A stretch of 64,000 bases of DNA from Thermoplasmata archaeon (GTDB lineage Archaea > Thermoplasmatota > E2 > JACPAO01 > JAHFTW01), in the NCBI GenBank assembly GCA_034667725.1, contig JAXDQS010000003.1, positions 64,001 through 128,000 of the forward strand, given 5' to 3'. The notes under the pieces were generated by a model. It searched no databases, was not told the DNA's origin, and saw only the letters and a list, made by a program, of their open reading frames with translations. Shown here one piece after another: positions 1-8,005 of this stretch (its first letter is position 1; the number at the start of each line of letters is the position of its first letter). Made by a program: the position numbers and the translations under genes.

Positions 1-1720
1 ACAACGCCATGCGGGCCAACGCGCCGACGGCGAACACGTCGGTGCGGAAGGTGGCGTCCCCGCCCGCCAGCTGCTCCGGCGCCATGACGAGCGGCGTGCC
101 GACCGCTCCCGGGCTTGCCAGCCGGGTTGCCGCTGCCCCCGCCCGCGCCACCCCGAAGTCGGTGATCTTGGGCCCGTCGTCGTCCAGCAGGATGTTGCCG
201 GGCGCGAGGTCGCCGTGCACGATGCCGGCGGCGTGGAGGGCCGCGAGCCCCTCCAGGATGCCGCGCACCAGGCGCACGCCGTCCTCCGGCGGCAGCTTGC
301 CCGCTTGCGCCAGCCGGTCCGCCAGCGAGCCGCCGGGCACGAACTCGGCGACGATCAAGGTCGCCCCCGGGCCGGCGACCACGTCATGGACCGCGACCAC
401 GCGCGGATGCCGCACCGTGGCGGCGAGGCGGGCCTCCCGCATCGCCTCCGACACCGAGCCCAGCACCGGCACCTCCTTGATGGCGACGTGGCGGCCGAGC
501 CGGTCGTCGCGCGCAAGGAACGTGCGGCCCGCCGCGCCGCGGCCGATGTAGCGCTCGATCAGCCAGCGGCTCTCGACCACGGTGCCAGGCGCCAACGGGT
601 CGCCCAGCCGCGTCTCGGGAGGCGGCCCATAGAGCAGCACGACGGCGCGGTCCACCAGGTTGCGGAAGCCCTGCGACACCACCAAGGCGACCCCGACCAG
701 CCAAAGCTGGGCTTGATCCGGCGCCGGCGCGCCCGCGAGGCTCGCGCCCGCGACCGCCAGCACCATCACCATGGCGAAGGCGGCGCCGACGGCCACGCGC
801 GCGGCCGCGACGCGGGCGCGGGGACTGACGCCCAGCATCCCCTGGCGTAGCACCGCGCCCGAGACGAGCGCGCCGAAGGCCAGCCAACGGCAGGTCGTCT
901 CCAGCACGATGACATCCAGAAGCGGGGTCACCGTGACGTCCGCCGGCGGCGGGCCCGTGAAATAGCCGACCTCGGGAAGCTTGAACGCCAACTGGAACGC
1001 CAACACGCCCCAAACGGTTGCGCCCACGACCCGCCCCGCCGCCGGCCGCCGCCGCACCAGCACGAGCGCGATGGCGGACGCCACCAACAGGACCGTGAGG
1101 TGCGCCACACTCGCGGCCAGCACCGTCGAACGCTCGAAGATGGGCCCGCCGTCCGCGCCAGCCAGACCGTGAATCATCTGCCGCGACCCTTGCGCGATCG
1201 TCGGCAACGCCACCACCCACAACGCCGGGAACAACAACTTGGCCGGCCCCTCCGGTCGCTCCGAGATCCGCCGGCCCAGCTGCACCAGCACGTACGCCAG
1301 CGTGCCCGCGACGTACACCGAGATCAAGCCCGAACGCAAGAACGACGGCGCCTCCGCCATCGGGACCGCCCGCCACGCCGCCAGCACCCAGCCCGCCCCC
1401 AGCACGGCCGGCCACGCGAAGCGATGGCCGCCGGCGGGGGCGGCAGGCCAGCGCGCAAAGAAGCAGAACAAGTACGTCGAGGCCAGTACCCAGGCGGCGC
1501 CGGCGCCCGCCAGCACCGACTCCAGGGCAGGGCCGGGCGCCATCCAGGTGCGTGCCGGCGTCGAGACCAAGCCCAGCGCGGCCATGAAGAGCGCCAGCAG
1601 CAGGAAGCGCGCGTCCGCCCGCCGGCGACCCGCCGCGGCCAAGACGGCCCCGAAAGCCACCAGCGCCACCGCCGTCAGCAAGGCGAGCGCGGCGCCGACA
1701 GGAACCACGAAGGCGACCAC
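1..1720 (-). CDS. Multi-pass membrane Ser/Thr (Hanks-type) protein kinase, 3' end outside window
   Basis: Translated by hand (not in ORF track). GTG at 1720 follows an in-frame TGA. Many hydrophobic helices precede IGRGAAGRTF (Gly loop), VAIKE, VHGDLAPGNILL, ITDFG, GTPLVMAPEQ and TDVFAVG. Confidence 0.88.
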   Translation of the reverse strand, partial: MVAFVVPVGAALALLTAVALVAFGAVLAAAGRRRADARFLLLALFMAALGLVSTPARTWMAPGPALESVLAGAGAAWVLASTYLFCFFARWPAAPAGGHRFAWPAVLGAGWVLAAWRAVPMAEAPSFLRSGLISVYVAGTLAYVLVQLGRRISERPEGPAKLLFPALWVVALPTIAQGSRQMIHGLAGADGGPIFERSTVLAASVAHLTVLLVASAIALVLVRRRPAAGRVVGATVWGVLAFQLAFKLPEVGYFTGPPPADVTVTPLLDVIVLETTCRWLAFGALVSGAVLRQGMLGVSPRARVAAARVAVGAAFAMVMVLAVAGASLAGAPAPDQAQLWLVGVALVVSQGFRNLVDRAVVLLYGPPPETRLGDPLAPGTVVESRWLIERYIGRGAAGRTFLARDDRLGRHVAIKEVPVLGSVSEAMREARLAATVRHPRVVAVHDVVAGPGATLIVAEFVPGGSLADRLAQAGKLPPEDGVRLVRGILEGLAALHAAGIVHGDLAPGNILLDDDGPKITDFGVARAGAAATRLASPGAVGTPLVMAPEQLAGGDATFRTDVFAVGALARMAL

Positions 1721-1811
1721 GACCGGCGCGGCACTTCAACCCTTTGTCGAGCGTGTTGAAACGCTGACGCCCTTTTGGCCAATTTTGGGATGGACGGACT
1801 GCGTATGGAGG

Positions 1812-1884
1812 TGGGTCTGACCAGATTTGAACTGGTGATATTCACCATGTCAAGGTGACGTCATAACCGCTAGACCACAGACCC
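1812..1884 (-). tRNA. tRNA-Val(GAC), intronless, CCA not encoded
   Basis: Reverse complement GGGTCTG TG GTCTAGCGGTTATGAC G TCACC TTGACAT GGTGA ATATC ACCAG TTCAAAT CTGGT CAGACCC A folds as a cloverleaf with anticodon GAC. Confidence 0.95.
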
Positions 1885-1931
1885 GTGTGCGGCGCCGACA
1901 TGTGCCGGCGAGCCGCCGACCTAGGGCGTCC

Positions 1932-1939
1932 ATTTAAGG
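1932..1939 (-). promoter_or_regulatory. Putative TATA box for tRNA-Val
   Basis: CCTTAAAT on the minus strand, about 50 nt upstream of the tRNA 5' end, in a GC-rich context. Confidence 0.5.
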
Positions 1940-1955
1940 GCTCTGCCGGGCCGCT

Positions 1956-3005
1956 TCACTCGGGCTGGCGCAGCTTCCAAGCGGTGAACGCCAAGCTGGC
2001 GACCAGCGCCGTCGCAGCCGCTCCGCACACGACCGCCAAGCTCGTCCAGGCGGCGCCGTCGGGGGCGCCCGAAGCCAGCAAAGCAATCACGTTGAACGGG
2101 TCCCGCGGGAGCCACAGCAGCGCGGTCCCGACCATCAGGACGGCGATGGCGTAGCCCGCCTGGGCGCCGCCGGGGTGGCGGACGGCGGCCGCGACCGCGA
2201 AGCCGATGGCCGCAAGCAAGGCGGTCAGCGCCGCCTCCAGCGCCAGCAAGGGCAGCAGGTTCTGGATGGGGACGCGGTTGAGCGTGAGCAGCGCGGACCA
2301 GAGGGCGAACTGGGCGACGGCGAGGCCGATGGGGACGGTGAGCTTGCCAAGCAGGACGGACGGGATGCCGGCGGGGCTGGTGCGCAGCAGGACGAGGGTG
2401 CGGGTGTGGCGTTCGCGGGCCAGGGAGTCGCCGGCGACGGCGCCGGAGAGGAAGGCGGGTGCGAGCAGCAGCAGGGGGACGAGGGTGCCGTAGAGGAACG
2501 GGAACGGCAGCGCGGGGCGGCCGGGCAGGCGCTCGAGGTGCACCAGTTCGTGGGCCAGGCGGGTTTGGCGGTCTTCGCGCAGCGTCTTCTCGTACTCCAG
2601 CAGCAGGCCTTTGAGTTGCGTGAGCAGGAGGGTGGCGGGCAGGTCCCCTTCGGCGATGATGATGGTGAGGGCGCGGGCGCCGCCGGGCTCGGTCTCCCGT
2701 TCCAATACGGCCGCGGTGGCGTCGCCGCGTTGGAACGCCGCGATGGCTTCGTCCTCGGTGCCGTCGCGGACGTCGATGTTGGGGGTGCGGCGCAGCAGCG
2801 GCAGGAAGCCGCCTGGGCCGGCGTAGGCGACGTCGGCGTCGGGGCGGGCCTGCAGGCTTTCGGGGTCGTAGAGGCCGAGCAGCCCGACGGCGAGGAAGGC
2901 GCTGAAGCCTGCGATGACGAGCTGGACGACGAGGGCGACGACGACGGTCTTCTCGCGCACGAGGTCGCGCAGCTCCTTGCCCGCGATGGCGGTCCAGGGC
3001 CTCAC
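1956..3005 (-). CDS. ABC-2/NatB-like ABC transporter permease
   Basis: C-terminal part of the 1163-aa ORF. GTG start overlaps the upstream TGA (GTGA). Shows AIAGKELRDLVREK, DSLARERHTRTLVLLRTSP...GKL and multiple TM helices. Confidence 0.85.
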   Translation of the reverse strand: MRPWTAIAGKELRDLVREKTVVVALVVQLVIAGFSAFLAVGLLGLYDPESLQARPDADVAYAGPGGFLPLLRRTPNIDVRDGTEDEAIAAFQRGDATAAVLERETEPGGARALTIIIAEGDLPATLLLTQLKGLLLEYEKTLREDRQTRLAHELVHLERLPGRPALPFPFLYGTLVPLLLLAPAFLSGAVAGDSLARERHTRTLVLLRTSPAGIPSVLLGKLTVPIGLAVAQFALWSALLTLNRVPIQNLLPLLALEAALTALLAAIGFAVAAAVRHPGGAQAGYAIAVLMVGTALLWLPRDPFNVIALLASGAPDGAAWTSLAVVCGAAATALVASLAFTAWKLRQPE

Positions 3006-4618
3006 AGGGAGCCTCCGAACCACAGGGCGGCCAGGTCGTAGGCGAGGTGCAGCGTGGTGGCGGCGAGGAACGCCAGCGGCCAGCCGAACCGGCGCAGGGG
3101 CAGCGCGACGGCGATGGTGAGGGTGTGCACGGCGAGCGGCAGCAGCAGGAGGAGGGGCGTGCCGAGGACGCCGAAGCCTTGCAGCGTCTCGTCGCCGAGG
3201 TCCAAGGCGCCGAAGCCCGACCACGTCAGCAGCAGCGCCATCTTCTCGCCGAGGAAGAAACCGGGGCCGGCCCAGAGCGCGTGCCAGGGGTGGCGGCCGT
3301 TGCGGAGCCAGGCGGCGGCGAGGCCGAGCTTGAGCATCTCCTCGATGGCGGCGACGCCCACGAGGATCAGCGGGAACGCGGCGCCGAGGCCGAGCGGGAT
3401 GACGAGCGACAGCACCAGCAGCTCGGCCGCGAACGCGAATGGCACCGACAGCGCGGCCGCGGCGACCAGGCGGGGCCGGGTGCGCACCAAGGCCGACGCG
3501 CCCGCGACGCCCTTGCGGGTGAGGCTCGCCGGGCTGAACATGGTCTCCTCGCGCGTCAGGCCGATGGCCAGGAACGCCATGGCGACGGTCGCGAGCGTGA
3601 GCGGCACGGTGGCGTAGAGGTAGAGGCTGGCGGGCACCGGCGCGCCGTCGATGGCCGCGGCGACAACACTCACGGGGCTGAGGAACGCCACCTCGGGGAT
3701 CGCGGTGAACACCGCCGGCAGGAACAGGAAGACGGCGTACAGCGTCGTCGTGCCCGTGAGCAGGAAGGTGAGGTCGCGCTCGCTGCGCGCCAGCAATCCA
3801 AGCAAGGTCGAGAGCGCCAGCGGGAACGCGACGATGACGACGGCGGCCGGGATGGCCCACCACGCCGCGCCGATGACGGGCGTGGCGACCAGCGCCACCA
3901 GCGCGGCCGCCGCGACCGCGAGCGCGCTGCGGCCGAGCAGCAGCCGCGCGGGCCCAAAGGGCGCCGCGAGCAGCAGCAGGCCGCGGCGGCGGGTGCGGTC
4001 GGCCAGCAGGCTGCCGGCCTGGAGCTGGCCAAGCAGGTTCATCGGGATGACGTAGGCGAACGCCAGCAGCAGCCCCTCCAACGGGAACGGGGCCTGCACT
4101 TGGCTCGGCCGCAAGTCCTCCTGGAGCGAGGTGGTGGCGACCTGGTCCGCGACCGGCGGCGCGGCCGTCGCGGCGGGCCCCGTCGTCGTCCCGGGCGGCG
4201 GCGCGGCGGCGGCCGGCGGCGTCCGGAGCGCCGTGACCACGGCGACTTGCACCGGGAACGCGGCGCCTTCGTCCGCCTCCCGCGCGAGCCGGCGCTCCTG
4301 CCACGCCGCGGTCGCGTCCCGCAGCGCGTCGTAGGCCGCGCGGCCGCCGTCGGAGCGGGTGGGGCTCGCTTGCTCGCCCGCGACCCGGACCAAGGGCGGC
4401 GCGTCGATCCGGAAGCGCGGGTCCTCGTGGGCGGCCTGCGCCAGCGGCCCCGTGCCCTCGTAGGGGAACAGGCCCGCGTCCGGGTGGAGGCGCCCCGGCG
4501 CCGAGGTGGCAAGGGCGGCGGCGAGCGCCAGCAGCAGGACGGCGACGGCGGCGTTGCGCGGCCGGGCCAGGCGCCCGAGGCGGCGCAGCTCCAAGGTGGC
4601 CAATGCGCCTGCGCCCAT
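3002..4618 (-). CDS. ABC transporter permease fused to PrsW-family intramembrane metalloprotease
   Basis: N-terminal permease (SLLADRTRRRGLLLLAAP); C-terminal EEMLK, FFLGE, AVHT and HLAYD motifs. Confidence 0.8.
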   Translation of the reverse strand: MGAGALATLELRRLGRLARPRNAAVAVLLLALAAALATSAPGRLHPDAGLFPYEGTGPLAQAAHEDPRFRIDAPPLVRVAGEQASPTRSDGGRAAYDALRDATAAWQERRLAREADEGAAFPVQVAVVTALRTPPAAAAPPPGTTTGPAATAAPPVADQVATTSLQEDLRPSQVQAPFPLEGLLLAFAYVIPMNLLGQLQAGSLLADRTRRRGLLLLAAPFGPARLLLGRSALAVAAAALVALVATPVIGAAWWAIPAAVVIVAFPLALSTLLGLLARSERDLTFLLTGTTTLYAVFLFLPAVFTAIPEVAFLSPVSVVAAAIDGAPVPASLYLYATVPLTLATVAMAFLAIGLTREETMFSPASLTRKGVAGASALVRTRPRLVAAAALSVPFAFAAELLVLSLVIPLGLGAAFPLILVGVAAIEEMLKLGLAAAWLRNGRHPWHALWAGPGFFLGEKMALLLTWSGFGALDLGDETLQGFGVLGTPLLLLLPLAVHTLTIAVALPLRRFGWPLAFLAATTLHLAYDLAALWFGGSL

Positions 4619-5488
4619 TCAGGTCCCTACGGCGCGGTGCAGAATCTCCTCCAGCTCCGGGGTCGCGGACTCCAGCTCGACGACCCGGCCGCCCGCGCGC
4701 TCGATGCGGGCGACGGCGTCCTGGGCGGCGGTCCAGTCGGGCAGTTCGCCGACGTGCAGGGTGCCGTCGCGGGCGCTGCCGGGGAACGCGGCGGTGGCGC
4801 GCAGCCGGTAGCGCGTGCCGCCCCATGCCTTCCGGAGCTCCCCCAAGGTCCCGTTGGCGACGATGCGGCCCCGGTCCACCAGCAGGATGCGGTCGCACAA
4901 CTCCTCGACCTGGCGCAAGTGGTGGCCGGAGAGCAGGATGCAGGTGCCGGCGCGCCGCAGGTCGGAGAGCACGGCGTCGAGCTCGCGCCGGGTGGCCGGG
5001 TCGAGGCCGCTGGCGGGCTCGTCGAGCACCAGGACGGGCGGGTCGTGCAGCAGCGCGCGGGCCAAGGCGACCTTGCGCACCGAGCCCTTGGAGAGCTGGC
5101 CGATGGGCTTGCGCCAGTAGGGCTCGTCGAGGCGCATCCGGTGCAGCAGCTGGAACGCCTTGCGCGCCGACGGCTCGGCGGGCAGGCCGTAGATCCGGGC
5201 GAAGAACGCGAGGCACTCGAGCGGCGTCTGCTCCTCGTAGAGCGGCGAGTCCTCGGGGACGTAGCCGATGGCGCGCCGGGTGGCGGGCTTGAGCGGGTCG
5301 GCGCCGGCCACGCGCACCGTCCCCTCGGTCGGCTCCAGCAGGCCGCACACCATCTTCAGCAGCGTGGACTTGCCGGCGCCGTTGTTGCCCACCAGGCCGG
5401 TGACGGTGCCCTTGGCGAGCTGGAACGAGGCGCCCCGCAGCGCCCACTGGCTGCCGTAGCGGCGTCCCAGGTTGTCGGCGGCCAGCAT
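4619..5488 (-). CDS. ABC transporter ATP-binding protein
   Basis: Walker A GNNGAGKST, signature LSKGS, Walker B LVLDEP, H-loop. ATG at 5488 (alternative GTG 5494). Confidence 0.92.
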   Translation of the reverse strand: MLAADNLGRRYGSQWALRGASFQLAKGTVTGLVGNNGAGKSTLLKMVCGLLEPTEGTVRVAGADPLKPATRRAIGYVPEDSPLYEEQTPLECLAFFARIYGLPAEPSARKAFQLLHRMRLDEPYWRKPIGQLSKGSVRKVALARALLHDPPVLVLDEPASGLDPATRRELDAVLSDLRRAGTCILLSGHHLRQVEELCDRILLVDRGRIVANGTLGELRKAWGGTRYRLRATAAFPGSARDGTLHVGELPDWTAAQDAVARIERAGGRVVELESATPELEEILHRAVGT

Positions 5489-5490
5489 CG

Positions 5491-5946
5491 TCACCGCGTC
5501 ACCCACTCGAACACCTCGTAGGGCGCCTGCTGCATCCCGTGGCCCCGGTAGGCCCGCAGCGCGTTCTCGTTGTTCGACTCGACGTAGAGCCGGACGGCAC
5601 GCACGTTTCCAGCCGCGCGGGCCTGGCCCTGGAGGTGGCGGTAGAGGGCGGAGTAGACGCCGGTGCCGCGGCGCTCGGGGACGACATAGACCGACTGGAT
5701 CCACCAGTACCACTGCGCGTGCCAGTCGGACCACTCGAAGGTGACGTAGAGCGAGCCCACGGGTTGGCCGTCCAGCTCCGCCACGAGGGCGCGGCCCTTG
5801 CCGGGGTCGGCCAAGAGGGCCCGCACGCCGCGGCGCGCGACCGCCTCGTCCAGCCGGATTCCTTCCGACTCGAAGGCGTTGCCGAGGGTCGAGCGCAGCA
5901 GCGCGTCCTCGTCCGTGGGCCGCGCGTCGCGCACCGCCAGCATCAC
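5491..5946 (-). CDS. GNAT family N-acetyltransferase
   Basis: WWIQSVYVVPERRGTGV acetyl-CoA motif; NENALRAY. Confidence 0.88.
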   Translation of the reverse strand: MMLAVRDARPTDEDALLRSTLGNAFESEGIRLDEAVARRGVRALLADPGKGRALVAELDGQPVGSLYVTFEWSDWHAQWYWWIQSVYVVPERRGTGVYSALYRHLQGQARAAGNVRAVRLYVESNNENALRAYRGHGMQQAPYEVFEWVTR

Positions 5947-5974
5947 GCCTGGATGGGCTGGAGGTCAAAAAACC

Positions 5975-6005
5975 GGAAGAAGGAAGGAAGAGGGAAGGAA
6001 GAAGG
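5975..6005 (-). terminator. Polypyrimidine tract, putative terminator of the CxxC-x17-CxxC gene
   Basis: 31-nt pure-purine run on + (pure C/T on the coding strand) shortly after the stop codon, followed by T6. Confidence 0.4.
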
Positions 6006-6042
6006 TGCGCGCGGGGAGGGCCCCGCGGTGCTCAGCCCAGCC

Positions 6043-6393
6043 TTAGCGGGGGTTGGCGGCGCGGAAGCAGTCGCGGCAGAACACGTCGCGGCCCGGGGTG
6101 GGCTTGAACGGGACCTGCGTGGTCGTGCCACAGCGGGTGCAGGTGGCGTCGAACATGGGGCGGTCTGCCCCGCGGTCGCCGCCGAAGCCGCCGCCGCTCG
6201 AGCGGGGGCCGCCGAAGCCGCCGCCACCGGTGCGGGGGGGGCCACGGCCGGCGCCAGCCGGGCGGTCCTTGCTGAAGCAGTCGCGGCACTTGACGGGGCG
6301 GGTGCCGGTCGGCTTGAACGGGACGGTGGTCTGCTTGCCACATTCGGCGCAGACGACATCAAACTCTTCGCGCGGGGCGCGGTTCTCGTACAT
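6043..6393 (-). CDS. CxxC-x17-CxxC zinc-ribbon protein (two repeats, Gly/Arg-rich linker)
   Basis: CAEC..VPFKP..RPVKCRDCF and CTRC..VPFKP..RDVFCRDCF. ATG 6393; upstream TTTATAG box near 6454-6460. Confidence 0.88.
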   Translation of the reverse strand: MYENRAPREEFDVVCAECGKQTTVPFKPTGTRPVKCRDCFSKDRPAGAGRGPPRTGGGGFGGPRSSGGGFGGDRGADRPMFDATCTRCGTTTQVPFKPTPGRDVFCRDCFRAANPR

Positions 6394-6527
6394 TTCCAAT
6401 ACCTACTTGGACCTAGGGCGCGGCCTCGGTCCTGGCCCGCCGAGGAAGGGCCTCTATAAATATCACGCCGTCAGGGGTGGCTCCAGGAAGGGCAACGGTC
6501 AAGCGCCCAAGGCCCCGTGCCGCCCTC

Positions 6528-6791
6528 ATGCGGACCCTGCTCCTCTGCGCAGCCTTGCTGCTCGCGCCCGCCAGCCTCGCCCTTGCCGCCACCGCCGCCC
6601 CCTGCGAGGCAGGGACCTCCGTCTCCTGCCAGGACGTCAAGGTCGGCTCCTGCACCTACGACGCCAGCGTCGCCGCCAGCGTCTCCTTCGACGTCACCCA
6701 AGACTGCTACTCCGGCATCACCCGCTGCCACACCGAGGTCTCCGGCGGCCTGGGCCAGCCCATCAACCCCCAGCGCTGGTGCGCGTACTAG
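6528..6791 (+). CDS. Small secreted cysteine-rich protein (6 Cys in mature part)
   Basis: MRTLLLCAALLLAPASLALA signal peptide; GC-biased coding pattern. Confidence 0.7.
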   Translation: MRTLLLCAALLLAPASLALAATAAPCEAGTSVSCQDVKVGSCTYDASVAASVSFDVTQDCYSGITRCHTEVSGGLGQPINPQRWCAY

Positions 6792-6800
6792 GTGATCGCG

Positions 6801-7076
6801 ATGCGCATCCTCCTCGCCGCCGCGATCGTCCTCGCCGCTTTCGCGGCCCTCCCGACCGCCTCCGCCTGGGAGCCGCCGGCCATCCCGTGCCAGACCGGCA
6901 TCGCCGGCACCGACTGCTCCGTCGGCGCCTTCGACTGCGCCGTCGGCGTGGGCTACCGCACCGGCGGCGCCTCCTACCAATACGCCGGCGCCTGGTGCGG
7001 CCGTCCCACCTGGTACCCCTGCGTGCTCGCCTACGCGGACACCAACGGCAACGTCGCGTCCTGCCTCCTGGGCTAG
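6801..7076 (+). CDS. Small secreted cysteine-rich protein (6 Cys in mature part)
   Basis: MRILLAAAIVLAAFAALPTASA signal peptide; SD-like AGGTGA at 6790-6795. Confidence 0.72.
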   Translation: MRILLAAAIVLAAFAALPTASAWEPPAIPCQTGIAGTDCSVGAFDCAVGVGYRTGGASYQYAGAWCGRPTWYPCVLAYADTNGNVASCLLG

Positions 7077-7957
7077 AGCTTCAGGTCCTGCTTGACGAAC
7101 CCCGCGATGTCGGTCGGGAAGGTCGCCACCTTGACGCCCGCCGCGGCGAACGCCTTGAGCTTGCTCTCCGCGGTGCCCTTGCCCTTCTCCACCAAGGCGC
7201 CGGCGTGCCCCATCTTCTTGCCCTCGGGGGCGGTGCGGCCCGCGACGTAGGCGTACACGGGCTTGCGCTTCGTGAGGCCCGTGCGCTGGATGTACTCGGC
7301 CGCCTCCTCCTCGTGGCCGCCGCCGATCTCGCCCACCAGGACGATGGCCTTGGTGTCGGGGTCGTTCTCGAACAGCTTGACGGCGTCCAAGAGCGTGGTG
7401 CCGGGGATGGGGTCGCCGCCGAGGCCGAGGCAGGCCGACTGGCCGATGCCGTTCTCCGACAGCGCCGCCACGATCTCGTAGGTCAGGGTGCCGGACTTGG
7501 AGGCGACCGCGACCGGGCCGGGCTTGAAGATGGTGCCCGGCAGGATGCCGACCTTGGACTTGGCGCCGGGGCTGCACGCGCCGGGGCAGTTGGGCCCGAT
7601 CAGCACGACGCCTTTGGCCTTGGCGTAGTTGACGAACGCCTCCGCGTCGTGGACCGGGATGTGCTCGGTGATGACGATGACGACCTTGCAGCCGGCGTCC
7701 ACGGCCTCGATGACGGCGTCCTTGGCGTAGGGCGCGGGGACGAACACCAGGCTGGTGTTGGCCTTGGTCTCGCGGACGGCCTGCGCCACGGTGTCGAACA
7801 CGGGCACGTCGTGGACTTTCTCGCCGCCCTTGCCGGGGGTCACGCCGGCCACGACGTTGGTGCCGAACTGCTTCATCTGGCCGATGTGGAACTGCCCTTG
7901 GTAGCCGGTGGCGCCCTGCACGACGATGCGGGAGTCCTGGTTCAGCACGACAGACAT
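7073..7957 (-). CDS. sucD: Succinyl-CoA synthetase alpha subunit
   Basis: VVQGATG, GVTPGKGG, GPNCPG, GEIGG and KMGHAGA (phospho-His). Confidence 0.96.
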   Translation of the reverse strand: MSVVLNQDSRIVVQGATGYQGQFHIGQMKQFGTNVVAGVTPGKGGEKVHDVPVFDTVAQAVRETKANTSLVFVPAPYAKDAVIEAVDAGCKVVIVITEHIPVHDAEAFVNYAKAKGVVLIGPNCPGACSPGAKSKVGILPGTIFKPGPVAVASKSGTLTYEIVAALSENGIGQSACLGLGGDPIPGTTLLDAVKLFENDPDTKAIVLVGEIGGGHEEEAAEYIQRTGLTKRKPVYAYVAGRTAPEGKKMGHAGALVEKGKGTAESKLKAFAAAGVKVATFPTDIAGFVKQDLKL

Positions 7958-7965
7958 GGACAGGA

Positions 7966-7995
7966 GCGGCGACTTGGGGGCGGGATAAGGGGCTT
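7966..7995 (-). promoter_or_regulatory. Shared 30-bp promoter motif, copy upstream of sucD
   Basis: AAGCCCCTTATCCCGCCCCCAAGTCGCCGC; 23/30 identical, ungapped, to each of the other two copies. Confidence 0.65.
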
Positions 7996-8005
7996 CCGGG
8001 CTCCT

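Noticed and set aside
1833-1847. Inverted repeat TGGTGA-TAT-TCACCA as a transcription-factor operator
   Set aside because: It lies inside the tRNA-Val gene (anticodon stem, variable loop and T stem).
1956-5447. 1163-aa ORF as a giant ABC fusion
   Set aside because: Only the last 349 codons look like protein; the rest is an Arg/Pro-rich off-frame shadow of the ATPase and PrsW-permease genes.
6789-6803. In-frame TAG junctions (6789-6791, 32885-32887, 63450-63452) as pyrrolysine or readthrough sites
   Set aside because: Each downstream ORF has its own start, and two have their own signal peptide; no pyl genes are seen. Simple translational coupling explains them.
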